Source: Laetmonice hystrix
Lineage: Eukaryota
Assembly: GCA_965235115.1 (NCBI GenBank)
Contig: OZ249436.1
Coordinates: 65,348,001-65,412,000, forward strand
Direction of reading: 5' to 3'
Length of the DNA: 64,000 bases
Shown here: piece after piece, positions 1 to 12,713 of the stretch
Position numbering within the stretch: position 1 is the stretch's first letter
How the letters are laid out: each line of letters begins with the position of its first letter
The notes under the pieces: generated by a model
The model's input: only the letters and a program-made list of their open reading frames with translations
What the model was told of the DNA's origin: nothing
Databases searched by the model: none
Translations under genes and position numbers: made by a program

Positions 1-1666
1 CGGAAGGGTAGCATGGTTGTAGGCTAGGGTTCTGAAATGTGTGTTTGCCTGCTATCATTTTAAAGTCGTTCTTTAAATCTGTATAGCACTATTATGCAAT
101 GAACATAACTTTAAGTCATGATGGAACTTAATGTCTTCACAGTTAGGAACAGGCAGTAAACTAAACATCAGTACGGTCCCATTGTATTAATTCAGTCCGT
201 AAAACACAAATCAGTAAAGTCCAGAAACCTGCCAAAATTGTTGTGGAGATATTGAGTGTTTTTCAACAGGATTTGCTGCATGATATGTTATAGGACATAA
301 ATATATGTTGTAGTAATATCAATGTTGCGGTTGTAAGCCTATGTTGAAGGTTACATTGCATGTTGATTCATCAGTAGAAAGTTGATGCATGTTGAGGTGA
401 TATTTCTGTATCCCCCGTCATCCCAGTACCATAATCCGTTGTTCACCATATACACGAGTCATTGAAGATGACAGGATTCGAATCTAAAGTCGTTGAAAAA
501 GCACCTTTATAAATTCTTGTTCCTAGCTGTCAGATAATTTAGATATTTAAGATATTGGATGAACAACTCATGCTGTACAGTCGGCTGCAACTAACCTCAA
601 GGATTGGACTTATACTTAAAATACATACTCCTTCTGTCGTAGCTGAAATCTTGCGGCCTGTGATTATTTATAGAAAACGGTCCGTTTTCCGGGATTAGCC
701 TTGGTTTACGTCAGTACCGAACAGACCATAGACGGTTTACTGGCTGAGGGTGGGTATGAACACCCCCTGGAGGTGTTAGTAACCCCTGGGGTATCATACC
801 TGGGGTGTGGGTGGGTGTTGATTGTCTGGTCACCTGGTTAACGTCAGACCATACCAGTCTGCCGTCTCAAGGCGTCCATGTATTGTGGTTTGTGTATTGT
901 GTAACTAGTCGATGTTAAGGCGTTGTGTCAGGTTATTAATACCAGCTATGTTGTGGTATAGCATGGCATGGTCTGTATACCAGTGTAAACGTGTCGGTAC
1001 TCTACAGACTCTACTATATATTGTTATCTCACATGGTTTTTTTTCTGCTTCACCATTACGCGTTCCACGGATGCACACACAATGGTACGCAATGATTATT
1101 TGGTCTACGATGTAATTTTAATATAATATTTTCGCCTTCGGCTTCATGACTTTTGTTTCTTTGCCGTGGCTTTGGATATAACCATCGTTAAGAATGGTTG
1201 AATGAGAAGTCTTTCTGGTCCCGATAGTTTGAAATTTTCGAGTTCTAGAGCGTGATATTAATTTATATTGTCATCTCTGATCCTAATATACGGTTAAATC
1301 TATGACTGATTTGACATGGCTATAAGATTGTTGAAAGTATCAGTCTCAAAGATTGTTTGAAATATTGAACAAAACGAGGATGTTTTTCGCCTTTACCCGT
1401 GCAGACCCAGACGTAAATTAGTGTTGACTGGTAGCATGCTCCATCTGGATGGAATAATATGACTCGGAACGTGCAAGCAGCAGCATTTATCAACGATGGC
1501 CATGCCTGGTTCTGTTCTGTGTTTGGTTTCCGGCAGTAACTTCCCGCAGTTTGCATGTTGTCTGTATCTTTGAGAATGAATAGGACCACATGTCATATTA
1601 CGTTATTGAAGGCACGCCTTAGTGCTTGCGTTTAACGCTAACATTGGGCTTGTTTACATCTTGCAG

Positions 1667-1729
1667 ATGTAAACACATACAAACCCACCTATGTGTTCCC
1701 AGATGATGACTCGGAACATGAAAAGGAAG
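1667..1729 (+). CDS. SORBS: SORBS/CAP exon (63 nt, phase 1-1): (D)VNTYKPTYVFPDDDSEHEKE
   Basis: Acceptor tttacatcttgcag, donor AAG|gtaagt, open frame. The YKPTYVFP motif resembles the NPYxPTYxFP motifs I recall just after the SoHo core of vertebrate SORBS1. Confidence 0.8.
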
Positions 1730-2683
1730 GTAAGTAAATGGTCTTGACGAGCATGTCGATAGATTTAGGCCGGTCTCAACTTGCAAGTCGTGTGTTATTT
1801 CATATAATGAACTTTTCTACTCGTTAAGGAGAGGTTGATATGGATAGGTTAAGTTTTTTTAAGAGAGTTCAGCTCAGAATCGGATGGGTGTAGTTAGTGC
1901 ATGGACCGCCAGGGGACAGCACTGCGGGGAGTTGGGACCCAGCGCTAAGATGGAGAGTGTGTAGGGGTGGGAGCAGTTTACACCTGTGTCATGCATGGCA
2001 CGACCGGCTATCTGTCAGCGGACAGACGTTGAAGGATGGAGGGTTGTAACCCCCGGCCACAGACCATCAGCCCTGAGAACCCTGCCTGCCACTCCCTAGA
2101 CACCCCCCTCCCTCCTTCCCGCACCCCCACAACCCCCACCCCTACTGTGTGTTCCCAACACCCAGCAGGCGTGGAGGAAAAACAGCCCGTGGAAACAGAT
2201 GTAGCCGGGAATGGGCGTGACGGGCCCGGCGGGGAGGGTATGAGAAGAGGGCCGGGAGGAGGGCCGGGGGGCAGGCGGGCCGGCAGGCAGTCGGCCGGAC
2301 AGCGGCGGAGGGAGCAACGGTTACCGGGACACGGCAACTGGTGACGGACCGGCGAGTCGTTCTCTAGGACTTGCTGGTCGGGGCTGCATGTCCACCCAGG
2401 AACAGAGAATACTTAGAGATAATGGAGATAACGGTATGACTGAAGGCCCACATAGGATAAGGCGGATAGATGGATATTTTACCTGGATTAGCGTGAGGGA
2501 AGTATGTGAATTGTGAGGTTGCAAAGAGAGAAGTTCTCTATATTACAGACATCTCGTTCAAGATTCAGAAGAGAGAAGCCGTATTTGAAAGATATGGGCT
2601 GCGCTGGGGAAAGATTGAACAGTTACTGTGATCGAAATCTACATGACGATCCTTGTATCCTGAGAGATAGTTTTATCCTCTCG

Positions 2684-2890
2684 GTGAGACACATTGTGTG
2701 AGGCACACTCTGTGAGACACACTCTGTGAGGCACACTCTGTGAGACACATTCTGTGAGACACACTCTGTGAGACACACTCTGTGAGACACACTCTGTGAG
2801 ACACACTCTGTGAGACACACTCTGTGAGACACACTCTGTGAGACACACTCTGTGAGACACACTCTGTGAGACACACTCTGTGAGACACAC
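2684..2890. repeat. 14-bp minisatellite (GAGACACACTCTGT)n, ~14-15 copies
   Basis: Direct reading; it explains the CVSQSVSHRVCLTE repeats in three minus-strand ORFs. Confidence 0.95.
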
Positions 2891-3173
2891 ATGGAGACGT
2901 TACACGGAGATTTATCCAGAATTACACCAAGGAACGTTTAAGGTAGTTACCCAGGGAGTTACGTTGATTTAATGACCCAGTCGGCCAGCTGTTAGCGGGG
3001 GTGTGGGCCAGCTTGGTGCCAACTCTCAGGGTGTGAAGCGGGGTTCTAGGCCTGTTTGGTGCCAAATCTCAGGGTGTTCTAGAACATTAACAAGGACGAC
3101 ACACCACCAGGCACGTGTCGGTGTGTGAGCCGTGAGGATGAGTGACTCCATCGTTTGGTTGTGTGGTCATCAG

Positions 3174-3374
3174 GACCTCGGAGAGAGCTGAAGGTTCCCA
3201 GACGGTGGAAGTTTTACAATCCGCTCGATCACGGCGGTGGGGTGAGGAGAAATGGACCGTGGAATTGGAAGTCGGACAGGATGGATATAATAATACAGGT
3301 GACGCCGCCTACACCTGAGGCGGTGGAGAGGTGCCGTGGGCCTGCCTTCGTCTTCCCTTGCTCTCTGCCACCAG
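3174..3374 (+). CDS. SORBS: Candidate cassette exon (201 nt, phase 1-1): GPRRELKVPRRWKFYNPLDH...GPAFVFPCSLPP
   Basis: Acceptor tttggttgtgtggtcatcag and donor CAG|gtacgg. It lies inside ORF 3155-3505 in the phase required by the flanking exons and contains a PAFVFP variant of the PxYxFP motif. The acceptor is only moderate. Confidence 0.4.
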
Positions 3375-4418
3375 GTACGGACCCCCGCCCCCTTCACATT
3401 CCCGCGCCCCTCTGGGTCCTAGCGATCCGCGGTCAGGAGGCAGCGGGGGTAATATCCATTACCCGTTCACCCCTAATGGGAGCCTTAAACCCCTTCAGCT
3501 ACTAACTTACCCCACCTCCCCCAACCCCTACCCGACCTGGAAACTACTGTACAGATATCTGACATACCTGTGGAATTAAGGAGATGGCAGTGGAGATCTC
3601 TGATGGCAGGCACTAAGGTGAGGTGATGAGGTCAAAGGTCAGACGTCAGAAGTCAAGCAGTCCAGGGGTCATGTCAGTGTAGGGTCCCTGCTGTGTTACA
3701 TAACATATGGTTTTCATTAGGACTTACAAACAGAACTCGGCGTAAAATGGAATACCTGACTCTATTTGCTGGAATGTAAGAGATGATATATGTGTATGCT
3801 GTGTGCTGTTATCAAGGCACGTATTGTCATAGTGTTTTTTGAAAAGGTACGTTACTGTTATGATGAGGTATGATTTAGAAAGCTGGTGACGTGGAGTTAG
3901 TACCCAGGTAGGCCCGTATAGCATGTGTTAACGGAGGGTTGATTTACTGACTCCCTACTGAACGTTAAGTTTTGGTACCGATGGCGGGGTAGAGGGTGAT
4001 CATGTCATGAGGTGGGAGATCTTACCCTCCTGCCCTCTGCACCCCCTCGACCGCCTGTGGCCAGTCAGCGAGTGTCGTAGGGTTCGGAGCCTTCTAGGAT
4101 TCCAGGAAAGTCGTGGATTTTTTTTTAAGACTGAAAAGATTCCCAGGCTGGGAAACTTTAGACATGTGGCATCGAAGTTCAAATCTTTTTAGACCAACGT
4201 TTTTGCTTAGAAAATATCACGTTTTATTGATGAAGGCACCCCTTTTGGTTGTTCATCCAAAGGGGGGGGTGGAGTTTTTGATTTTTTTGTATGGGGGGGG
4301 GGACTGGTGGTATCAGTGCTTGTATTCGAGGGCCTGATCCAGATGATTTGTTAACTTTGTGATTTCTGAATGATCAACTGCCCTCCAGTACTAACACTCA
4401 GGGTGTGGCGTGTTTCAG

Positions 4419-4478
4419 AATCCAACCCCTATAGACCCAGTTATGAGTTCCCTAACAAGCAAGTCAATGGAAGCACAG
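4419..4478 (+). CDS. SORBS: SORBS/CAP exon (60 nt, phase 1-1): (E)SNPYRPSYEFPNKQVNGST
   Basis: Acceptor gcgtgtttcag, donor CAG|gtacgt, NPYRPSYEFP motif, phase-compatible with neighbours. Confidence 0.8.
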
Positions 4479-6488
4479 GTACGTAACAGCTTTACTAATT
4501 ACTAATGGTCGCCAGTCTGCCTGGTCTATAGCCCTATTCCAGGGCGGGTCTTGGTTCTTAGTATATATTGAGTCAGTACATTGTAGCTAAATTCTCAATA
4601 TATGAAAGGCCCGTCTTAGAAGTTAGTACAGACGAGTGTTTATCTCTCTTATTTCAATCTCAGTTTTTGTTCTGTCATATTGCCAGAATCTCTGAGTGCT
4701 AAGTATTATGGTAGCCAAACAGTAGGTCTTTCTCAACGTTCTAGGTCATAGCACTTATACTTGTACATGTTTGTATAACTCATATTATCACATATCTGTC
4801 ATGGGGTTTTTGGGACCAGTCTCGGGAGTCCATGCTTTGTCATCGACATGTAGTTCTTTTTATTTTGAGAAGTGTAAAATGATAATATATCGGTAGTCAT
4901 GATATTCTATACCACCACTTCAATAAAAGAACACGACAAATTAATAACGTATAAGTCTTAAAAGGCACAGAAATAGCAACGGGGTGCAGAGATGAGACCC
5001 CAGGGATTATGTACACGGCCGTCAAGGTGGGTGTCATGCTGAACCTGCGGCAGGGAGGGGGTGGAGGATATAAACACGTATAGTCTTATCGTCAATATCC
5101 CTGGTTCTATGACGGCACGCCCCAATGGGTTCATAGTCCGTGTTCATATGTGTGAAACCGTTAAAAAATCAAACAACTGTTAGCAGCCTGACGTGGATTC
5201 ATCATAATGAGGTAATTGTTTTCTGGGTGGTTGGTGTGACATGGATTAGGGGTGGAGCGTTATGTTGTAATAATGGATTTAGAGAGCATTCAAGTTCGTC
5301 CAGTTGGGGTGAGTTGATGCCTGCAGGTTCAGTAACGGCAGCAGTACTAACAACAGTCGTGTGGTTTGTACTCGGTCGGTTCCAAGTGCTGGAGTGAGGG
5401 TGAGCTGTGAGAAATGTGTTTCCAAGTTACACCGACTGGGCTGTCACTTTGAGAGTTTGAGGTCACTAGTAGAAGTTAGACCCGTCTTTAACACCTGAGA
5501 GGTATGTAGAGGAGCAATACGGGTTTTTTATGTAGCGTCAAAACAGGTGAAAGTTTTCCTATATTTACATATTCCTACCGTAATTTGATGAATGAAGAAT
5601 TACACGATTACCAAAATGAAACGTTTATGGTCATGGGATTTTGAAGAGCACAACTCAGCTGACGGGTACCTGTAAACTAAGAACATGTTTTTTTCGTTAT
5701 TTCTATCACTCGTTATTAGTGCCGCTAGGTAATCCGGATCAAAGATTGACCCCGTGACGTCATTCCTAATTGGGCACGTTAAAACTGCGGACTTGGATCC
5801 GGTTGTGTTTGGGAGTTGAGGATATATCAGACGGAGTTGATGGGACGTCGGTGGGGCACGCACCTGTCGTGTTGTGTTAATGGACGCGTGTGTTTGTGTC
5901 GAACTGTCGGGTTGTGCTGACGTTAGAACGGGTCTGTGGTTACCTGGGGTGGGTGGGGGTGGGGCGGGGGTGCGGTGGGGCTGCCCTTTAGAAGTGACTG
6001 GAGGTAGTAACCCCACTCAGTTGTCCCTATGTTGGGGTCACTGAGAGACACACAGGTATGGGGTGATGGATTATGTGGAGGGTGGGCTGGGGTGGTACCC
6101 CTCTCCGAGAGGGTGATTGGGTTGTCTGACTGACACAGTAGGATATCTACAGATGGTGCCCAGATGACAAAAGACAAGCTAACAGACGGTAAATGACTAT
6201 AGTCTACATTACTCGCAGGTAGAACAGAGCAACGACTAAAACCCGACGAAATCCAGGGTTGTTAAGACTTTATACAAAGAATGGTCGGTCTAACGGTTAA
6301 TGTGTTACTTCAACAGCTGGGGTTAAAACACAATGCCACGGTGGGTGATTGTAGCGAACTTCTGAACCAACAGCCACGTTTCTTAATTAAGGAAGCACAG
6401 GTAGTTTCACAAAGTGGGAGACTTTATATTGTTTGTTCAAAAAACACCCCGGGGGGGGGGGGGGGGGGCTCCGGGATGTAAAAGATGG

Positions 6489-7654
6489 GACCACACACGT
6501 AGAACGGCTCCGTCATCTCATTATGAATTTACCTGCTAAATTATGCATGAATGGGACATCCTCATTGGTCACCTTGTCAATTGGCTATAAGGTTACTGTT
6601 TCGGTGTTTTAAATTCAGTGTTGCCTAACCTGACACTTGCCCAAAAGCAATCGACATCTTATGATTAATGGTTTTTTTTAAAGTTTTTAACTCATTCAGT
6701 AAATATGGCAGAAAATGTGACTTCGCTCCATTCGATTTTTACAGCACACCAATAACAGGTTATTCATTCATAAACTTAATTGGCAATAATATGAATTTGT
6801 GGAGAGAGGAGGCACAGTTGCGGGGCGGGGAACTCGGGTAAGCATATGAATCCCTCTAAAACACTCCGTTATACTGTACATGAATCAAGACGAACAAATC
6901 CCAAAGATTATGTCGAAGAAAAGTCGACGATTTTATATGCTACACGTGCGAGATGACATTGACACGACGTTTTCAAGGAGTGCCTGAATCAAGCCAGGTC
7001 TATTGATGTGTTTGTTCCCACTTGATGTGTTTGTGTGATGTACACATCGCGTCCCGCCGACCAGGGATGTGATGGTGGTGTGAGGGGGCCGTCATGATAC
7101 TTGGTCCCAGACAACTGACAACAAACCTACCACGGTGACTGGCGGATAGAACGGGCCAACCGCAATGTTTGTTTCACGTCTTTAAAATAGGCTCACCAAT
7201 AATGGCCTGTCAGGAGAGTTTTACAGGTCACATATATGATGTGTATGACAAGGAAACTTTCCAACCTGTCAAATCAGGTCTACTCGCCCCGGAACTAGAA
7301 GGAATCTATAGGGCAAAACTCGCGAACAGTATCAGTGCCGTATAACGTAGGGACGTCATCGGTTCCAATATTTGATAATTAAATGAAATAAGGTAATAAT
7401 AACTATGTGTATTGATAGGTGATCAGAAATATCAGAGACCGGAGATTAGGTGGCTGGTCTGGGTTGATGAGTAGAGACGTGAGTACATGTAAAACCGATG
7501 TTCGATTGGTGTGGCCTTGACGGGTGAGAACACACACAGAGGGCCAACTAACCACCCTGGTGTCAGGCCACGGACCACACACGTAGAATACCTCCTTCAC
7601 CTCATTATGATTTTACCTGCTAAATTATGCATGAGCTGGGGCTCGCCATTGGTC
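6489..7654 (+). repeat. Two diverged ~82-bp direct copies (6489-6570 and 7573-7654)
   Basis: Shared GACCACACACGTAGAA...CTCATTATGAwTTTACCTGCTAAATTATGCATGA...CATTGGTC, 1084 bp apart. Confidence 0.85.
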
Positions 7655-9259
7655 CGTCTCACACCCTCTCGGGGGGACGAGGGGGTTTACAGGACCGTGG
7701 TCGGGAGGGGGTACGTGTCCCTAAACCACATTTGCCCTTTGGGGTGTTCAAACACGAACTTTGTGTGTGGCTCGCGCGTGGGCTCCCTGTGAGAGGGAGG
7801 GGGTTGGCTGTGGGTGAGACCGGCGACACCGCCGGCCTGTCACCTCCCGCCGCCCGGCGAGCGACCCGCCCGCCCCGAGAATCGTCTTCTTGTCACGGCG
7901 GATCAACACCGCTGAATCCTCGTGAATGGGATGTCCTTGAAAGTGGAGAGGTCCTTACCGGCTTCAGGCACGGCTGTCCTTGGAGCAAGGGGACACTGTG
8001 GTGGGTAGTGAGGAGTAGAATGGTCGTACATCACAGTCTCACTTGACCTCGTAAAGGGACTGTCAATGAGGCAACAGTTCTCTTTGTCATTGCACTTCAA
8101 GAGGAAAAGTGGATGGGTGCATATATAATATACCAAGGGCGCTAATAAAAGATGTTAGCCTTCTCTTATATATCCTATTAATACTATAGGGTAAAATGAC
8201 CTTATGGATCCAATTATCTGACAATGAGAGGTGAAAGGTTTTCACATCACCAGGGGCCGAAATGTGGGTATCCGTATCAATCGGTGAAATGTGTCACCAA
8301 GTGGAACTATTCCCCTCTGCTGAGGAAAATAATGATGAACCTTGGGAGAAGGAAACAAAGGAAAGGAAACGACTGGTAAAAGTAAGGCCATAAAAGGATA
8401 GCGAACTCTAGGAAAGGTTAGAATTAACCTTTTCTCAGACTCCAAGTTCATAAGTTTACATACTGCTCAGAAAATTACCTTCATTTAGAAATACAGGAAG
8501 CCACTTCCACACATTGAAATTAAAGTAGAAACTCTACAATAACAGTAGTAACGGCTACCTTTCTATCCATGCACATTAATTCTGTACATGAACCACATGG
8601 TTTTGTCCCCAGAGCTCCTTCCCCACACATGCCATGTAGGCCCTACATGAATGCCGATAACTTTGTATAGATAGTACTCGCATAGAGATGTATAACTCAT
8701 CTATTTCATCCCTTCACTGCTGTGATCGAATCAATTTGTTGAGCGGTACTTGTATGAAAAAAGAGGAAAAGGCACCCTTCTTAATAACGGGAGTGAAGGA
8801 AAGATGGAAGAACAGCGGATGTTTTATAAGTTAGGGATGGGAAACCCACATTAGTCAGGAATAACGGGACGACAAAACGATTCAAGATGTTTCCGCTGGA
8901 AGATTGTTTACAGATGATATTTGTCTTAATATAATCACAATTATCTTACTTGTGTTAGTACCAGCATCCGTTCTGGGGGCTCAAGTGATCTTTTCATACA
9001 AATTACAAACTAATAAACTATGTTCAATGTTAGCTAAGAGTTTCACGCCCTATAATAACTCGGCTTTTCACACAAACACACACATGCCTAACATTGACAG
9101 GACATGAATCCATGATCTAATACCAATAACCACTGGAGAGCTCGGCATCAATCCACTGCCGTGCACCGAGTGGGTATCCACCCCATCCCGCCCTGATATT
9201 TCTGACACCACTACAATGTGTCCCGTTTCATCAGATGACTTTGTTCTTGTGTTTTGCAG

Positions 9260-9329
9260 AGGACAGTAAGACGACAAATTCCTTGGATCGTTACACGGTC
9301 AGTGGGAGTGGGCGCGCCGACTGGAAGGA
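9260..9329 (+). CDS. SORBS: SORBS/CAP exon (70 nt, phase 1-2): (E)DSKTTNSLDRYTVSGSGRADWK(D)
   Basis: Acceptor tttgttcttgtgttttgcag, donor GGA|gtgagt. Joins in frame to 16477. RADW aligns with RNDW recalled in vertebrate SORBS1. Confidence 0.75.
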
Positions 9330-10213
9330 GTGAGTAGACAGTCGCTTTGCTACATGATCTCAGTTTTTGTCTTGATTTATGTCAGTCGGCGATGTGGGTG
9401 TGGCGACATGTTATTCCGAATCGTCAAGTTTCGAATCTTTCTCAACGCGCTCAGGAATGTGATGACGGACACGCGCTCTATTTAAGTACCGTCGCAGCTA
9501 TCGGTCAGGCAAAAATAACGTTGTGTCAGGGAGTGATTCCCGCATCTCTCGTCAGACGGCGCAGTGGTCGCCGTGTTAGTGCCGTCCGTATGGATGGCGA
9601 GAGTCGTGTTTGTGGTGGGATGAGCATGTCTGGTTGCCATGACAGCAGATAGCTAGGATAATCGGCTCGCACAGCCAGCCGAGTGAAATTCTGCCAGATA
9701 GCCATAATTGCGAAAAAAAAGTAAATAAAATAGAAAATAACGTGGAAAATGGAGACTTTCGTTGATAGTGGGTCTCACCCAAATCGTCAAGATTGAAGTT
9801 TTGGAGACTGTTTTTGTACATGTAGACATAAAAAGCAAATTGGCATTCAAACGTCATCATGGCACGTGCTTGAGACTTAACATCTGATATGATTGCTAAA
9901 CGATGTGAGGAATTGTTCCTAATATCACTTGATATGAGAATGTCCAAGTCGGTGTAGTGTGTAAAATGCGTCGGTTATAGGCCATGATGTTTTTTTTTTC
10001 TTTTTAATTTTAATTTTTATCATGTCGATATTATCAGACTTAGATCGGTCTTAAAATTATCTGTTGTCGATAGAAGCCGAACCTATCGTAAAGCTTGTCG
10101 CCTACGAGAGGAGTTCTACAATGTTTGTACGGGCATTTTTGCCAAAAGGTATCTGTTTTCTAATACCCCCTCCTCCCCGGCCCGACTATTGTGGCTCCCT
10201 CTGTTAGTGTGTG

Positions 10214-10250
10214 GCGCCACCTGGTGGTGTGGTGGCGCTCCCCCTGGCGG
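10214..10250 (-). promoter_or_regulatory. Tandem pair of CTCF-like motifs
   Basis: Minus strand reads CCACCAGGTGGCGC (10214-10227) and CCGCCAGGGGGAGC (10237-10250), both matching the CTCF core consensus. Motif match only. Confidence 0.45.
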
Positions 10251-11290
10251 CCATCATCAGTATGTGATCCTGACATTGACGGGAATGACGAATTAGTGCA
10301 CGTTCATAATTAGTTGGTCTTGTGTTAGTGTGCCATGAAGGTTGTTCTGGTCGGACTTTTACCATTCCTACATTGTTGTGTTGTGAATCGTAGCTCGTGT
10401 CACGTCGGGTGGAGGAACTACATCGTTTCATATATTGAGTTTTTTTTACTCTCAGTACGAAAATAAGAATAGATGCATTTTTGTCCGTGTGTGTTTCTTC
10501 CCGAGAAGAAATTTCATATAAATAACTGTTGTGTTGAAAACGGATGAATGTTTATTGTTATGTTTTGAAACCATTCTTGAAACCTTTTTTTCGTAGAACA
10601 GTAGTATGTAGACTGATTGTGTGAATGTCTTGTTGAAATATCTTTGTCCTGGATGGTAGTATATTAGGGACGCCATTACTGAGATATATATGGGTAGTGA
10701 TACATTCGTTCTCTGAAGTCTCAGATGACTGTCACACGTGAGTATGTACACACGTGTGCACCAATACCATAGGCCAGCATGGGCCGCACCATATGTTATC
10801 AATTTACCACGAATTACACCTCGGATAATTGCTGCAGAAAGAAAATTTAGCCTCCGCTATGGTTATAGCTCTTTCAGGTTGCAGTGGAATAAGGCTTCTT
10901 CTTTGTTCCGTAAGACCACACAAGTCAAGATGATGACATAAACCAAATCTAAAACATTATTTTAGCTTATGAGTACAAATAAATATCTGATCCATTCTGT
11001 AGAAGATCATCTCTTGATTAACGTTGGTGTTAGTGAGTGTTTTTACACATCTGACTCCAGAGAGACCATCCTGCTATGTCCCGGCCACACATGTTTAAAG
11101 TAATAATGGCACAATGTGTTTGTTGGTACAAGGTGAGACAAAACCTTGGAGATGTAGAACAACATTCTTTACACAACCCCACACCTGATTACAGGGTTGA
11201 ACGCATACCACAGCAGGATTCTCACCACTCGTGATCATGTTTGGTTGTTTCCACCACACCGACATTTCACTCCGACTGGAGTGGTGTTAC

Positions 11291-12683
11291 TGTAAGGTAT
11301 TGATAGGTAGTGACTGAATCATCTCGTCTCGTGTAAGACATGTATTGATAGACAGGTAGTGACTGAATCATCTCGTCTCGTGTAAGACATGTATTGATAG
11401 ACAGGTAGTGACTGAATCATCTGAGGTTCCGTCTCGTGTAAGACAGGTATTGATAGACTAGTGACTGAATCATCTGAGGTTCCGTCTCGTGTAAGACAGG
11501 TATTGATAGACTAGTGACTGAATCATCTGAGGTTCCGTCTCGTGTAAGACAGGTATTGATAGACAGGTAGTGACTGAATCATCTGAGGTTCCGTCTCGTG
11601 TAAGACAGGTATTGATAGACAGGTAGTGACTGAATCATCTGAGGTTCCGTCTCGTGTAAGACAGGTATTGATAGACAGGTAGTGACTGAATCATCTGAGG
11701 TTCCGTCTCGTGTAAGACAGGTATTGATAGACAGGTAGTGACTGAATCATCTGAGGTTCCGTCTCGTGTAAGACAGGTATTGATAGACAGGTAGTGACTG
11801 AATCATCTGAGGTTCCGTCTCGTGTAAGACAGGTATTGATAGACAGGTAGTGACTGAATCATCTGAGGTTCCGTCTCGTGTAAGACAGGTATTGATAGAC
11901 AGGTAGTGACTGAATCATCTGAGGTTCCGTCTCGTGTAAGACAGGTATTGATAGACAGGTAGTGACTGAATCATCTGAGGTTCCGTCTCGTGTAAGACAG
12001 GTATTGATAGACAGGTAGTGACTGAATCATCTGAGGTTCCGTCTCGTGTAAGACAGGTATTGATAGACAGGTAGTGACTGAATCATCTGAGGTTCCGTCT
12101 CGTGTAAGACAGGTATTGATAGACAGGTAGTGACTGAATCATCTGAGGTTCCGTCTCGTGTAAGACAGGTATTGATAGACAGGTAGTGACTGAATCATCT
12201 GAGGTTCCGTCTCGTGTAAGACAGGTATTGATAGACAGGTAGTGACTGAATCATCTGAGGTTCCGTCTCGTGTAAGACAGGTATTGATAGACAGGTAGTG
12301 ACTGAATCATCTGAGGTTCCGTCTCGTGTAAGACAGGTATTGATAGACAGGTAGTGACTGAATCATCTGAGGTTCCGTCTCGTGTAAGACAGGTATTGAT
12401 AGACAGGTAGTGACTGAATCATCTGAGGTTCCGTCTCGTGTAAGACAGGTATTGATAGACAGGTAGTGACTGAATCATCTGAGGTTCCGTCTCGTGTAAG
12501 ACAGGTATTGATAGACAGGTAGTGACTGAATCATCTGAGGTTCCGTCTCGTGTAAGACAGGTATTGATAGACAGGTAGTGACTGAATCATCTGAGGTTCC
12601 GTCTCGTGTAAGACAGGTATTGGTAGACAGGTAGCGACTGAATCATCTGAGGTTCCGTCTCGTGTAAGACAGGTATTGGTAGA
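11291..12683. repeat. 56-bp satellite, ~25 near-identical copies
   Basis: Unit GACAGGTATTGATAGACAGGTAGTGACTGAATCATCTGAGGTTCCGTCTCGTGTAA. The 5' copies are shorter variants and there are no unique spacers. Confidence 0.97.
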
Positions 12684-12713
12684 ATTATCTGAGACTACAT
12701 CTTGTGTGGGACC

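Noticed and set aside
2036-2344. 102-aa Pro/Gly-rich ORF as a SORBS exon
   Set aside because: The only phase-1 acceptor with a tract (2018) runs into an in-frame TGA at 2030. The ORF is explained by C-rich then G-rich composition.
2623-2892. Three minus-strand CVSQSVSHRVCLTE ORFs
   Set aside because: They are artefacts of the 14-bp repeat being stop-free on that strand.
5945-5985. G-quadruplex-like G-run tracts (also ~28965-29030 on the minus strand, ~39650-39680, ~61375-61400)
   Set aside because: They are frequent throughout these introns, with no specific positional link to a feature.
11291-12683. CRISPR-like appearance of the regular arrays (also 55486-56878, 41663-42311, 14161-14706)
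   Set aside because: The units abut directly with no unique spacers, there are no cas genes, and the context is a eukaryotic intron.
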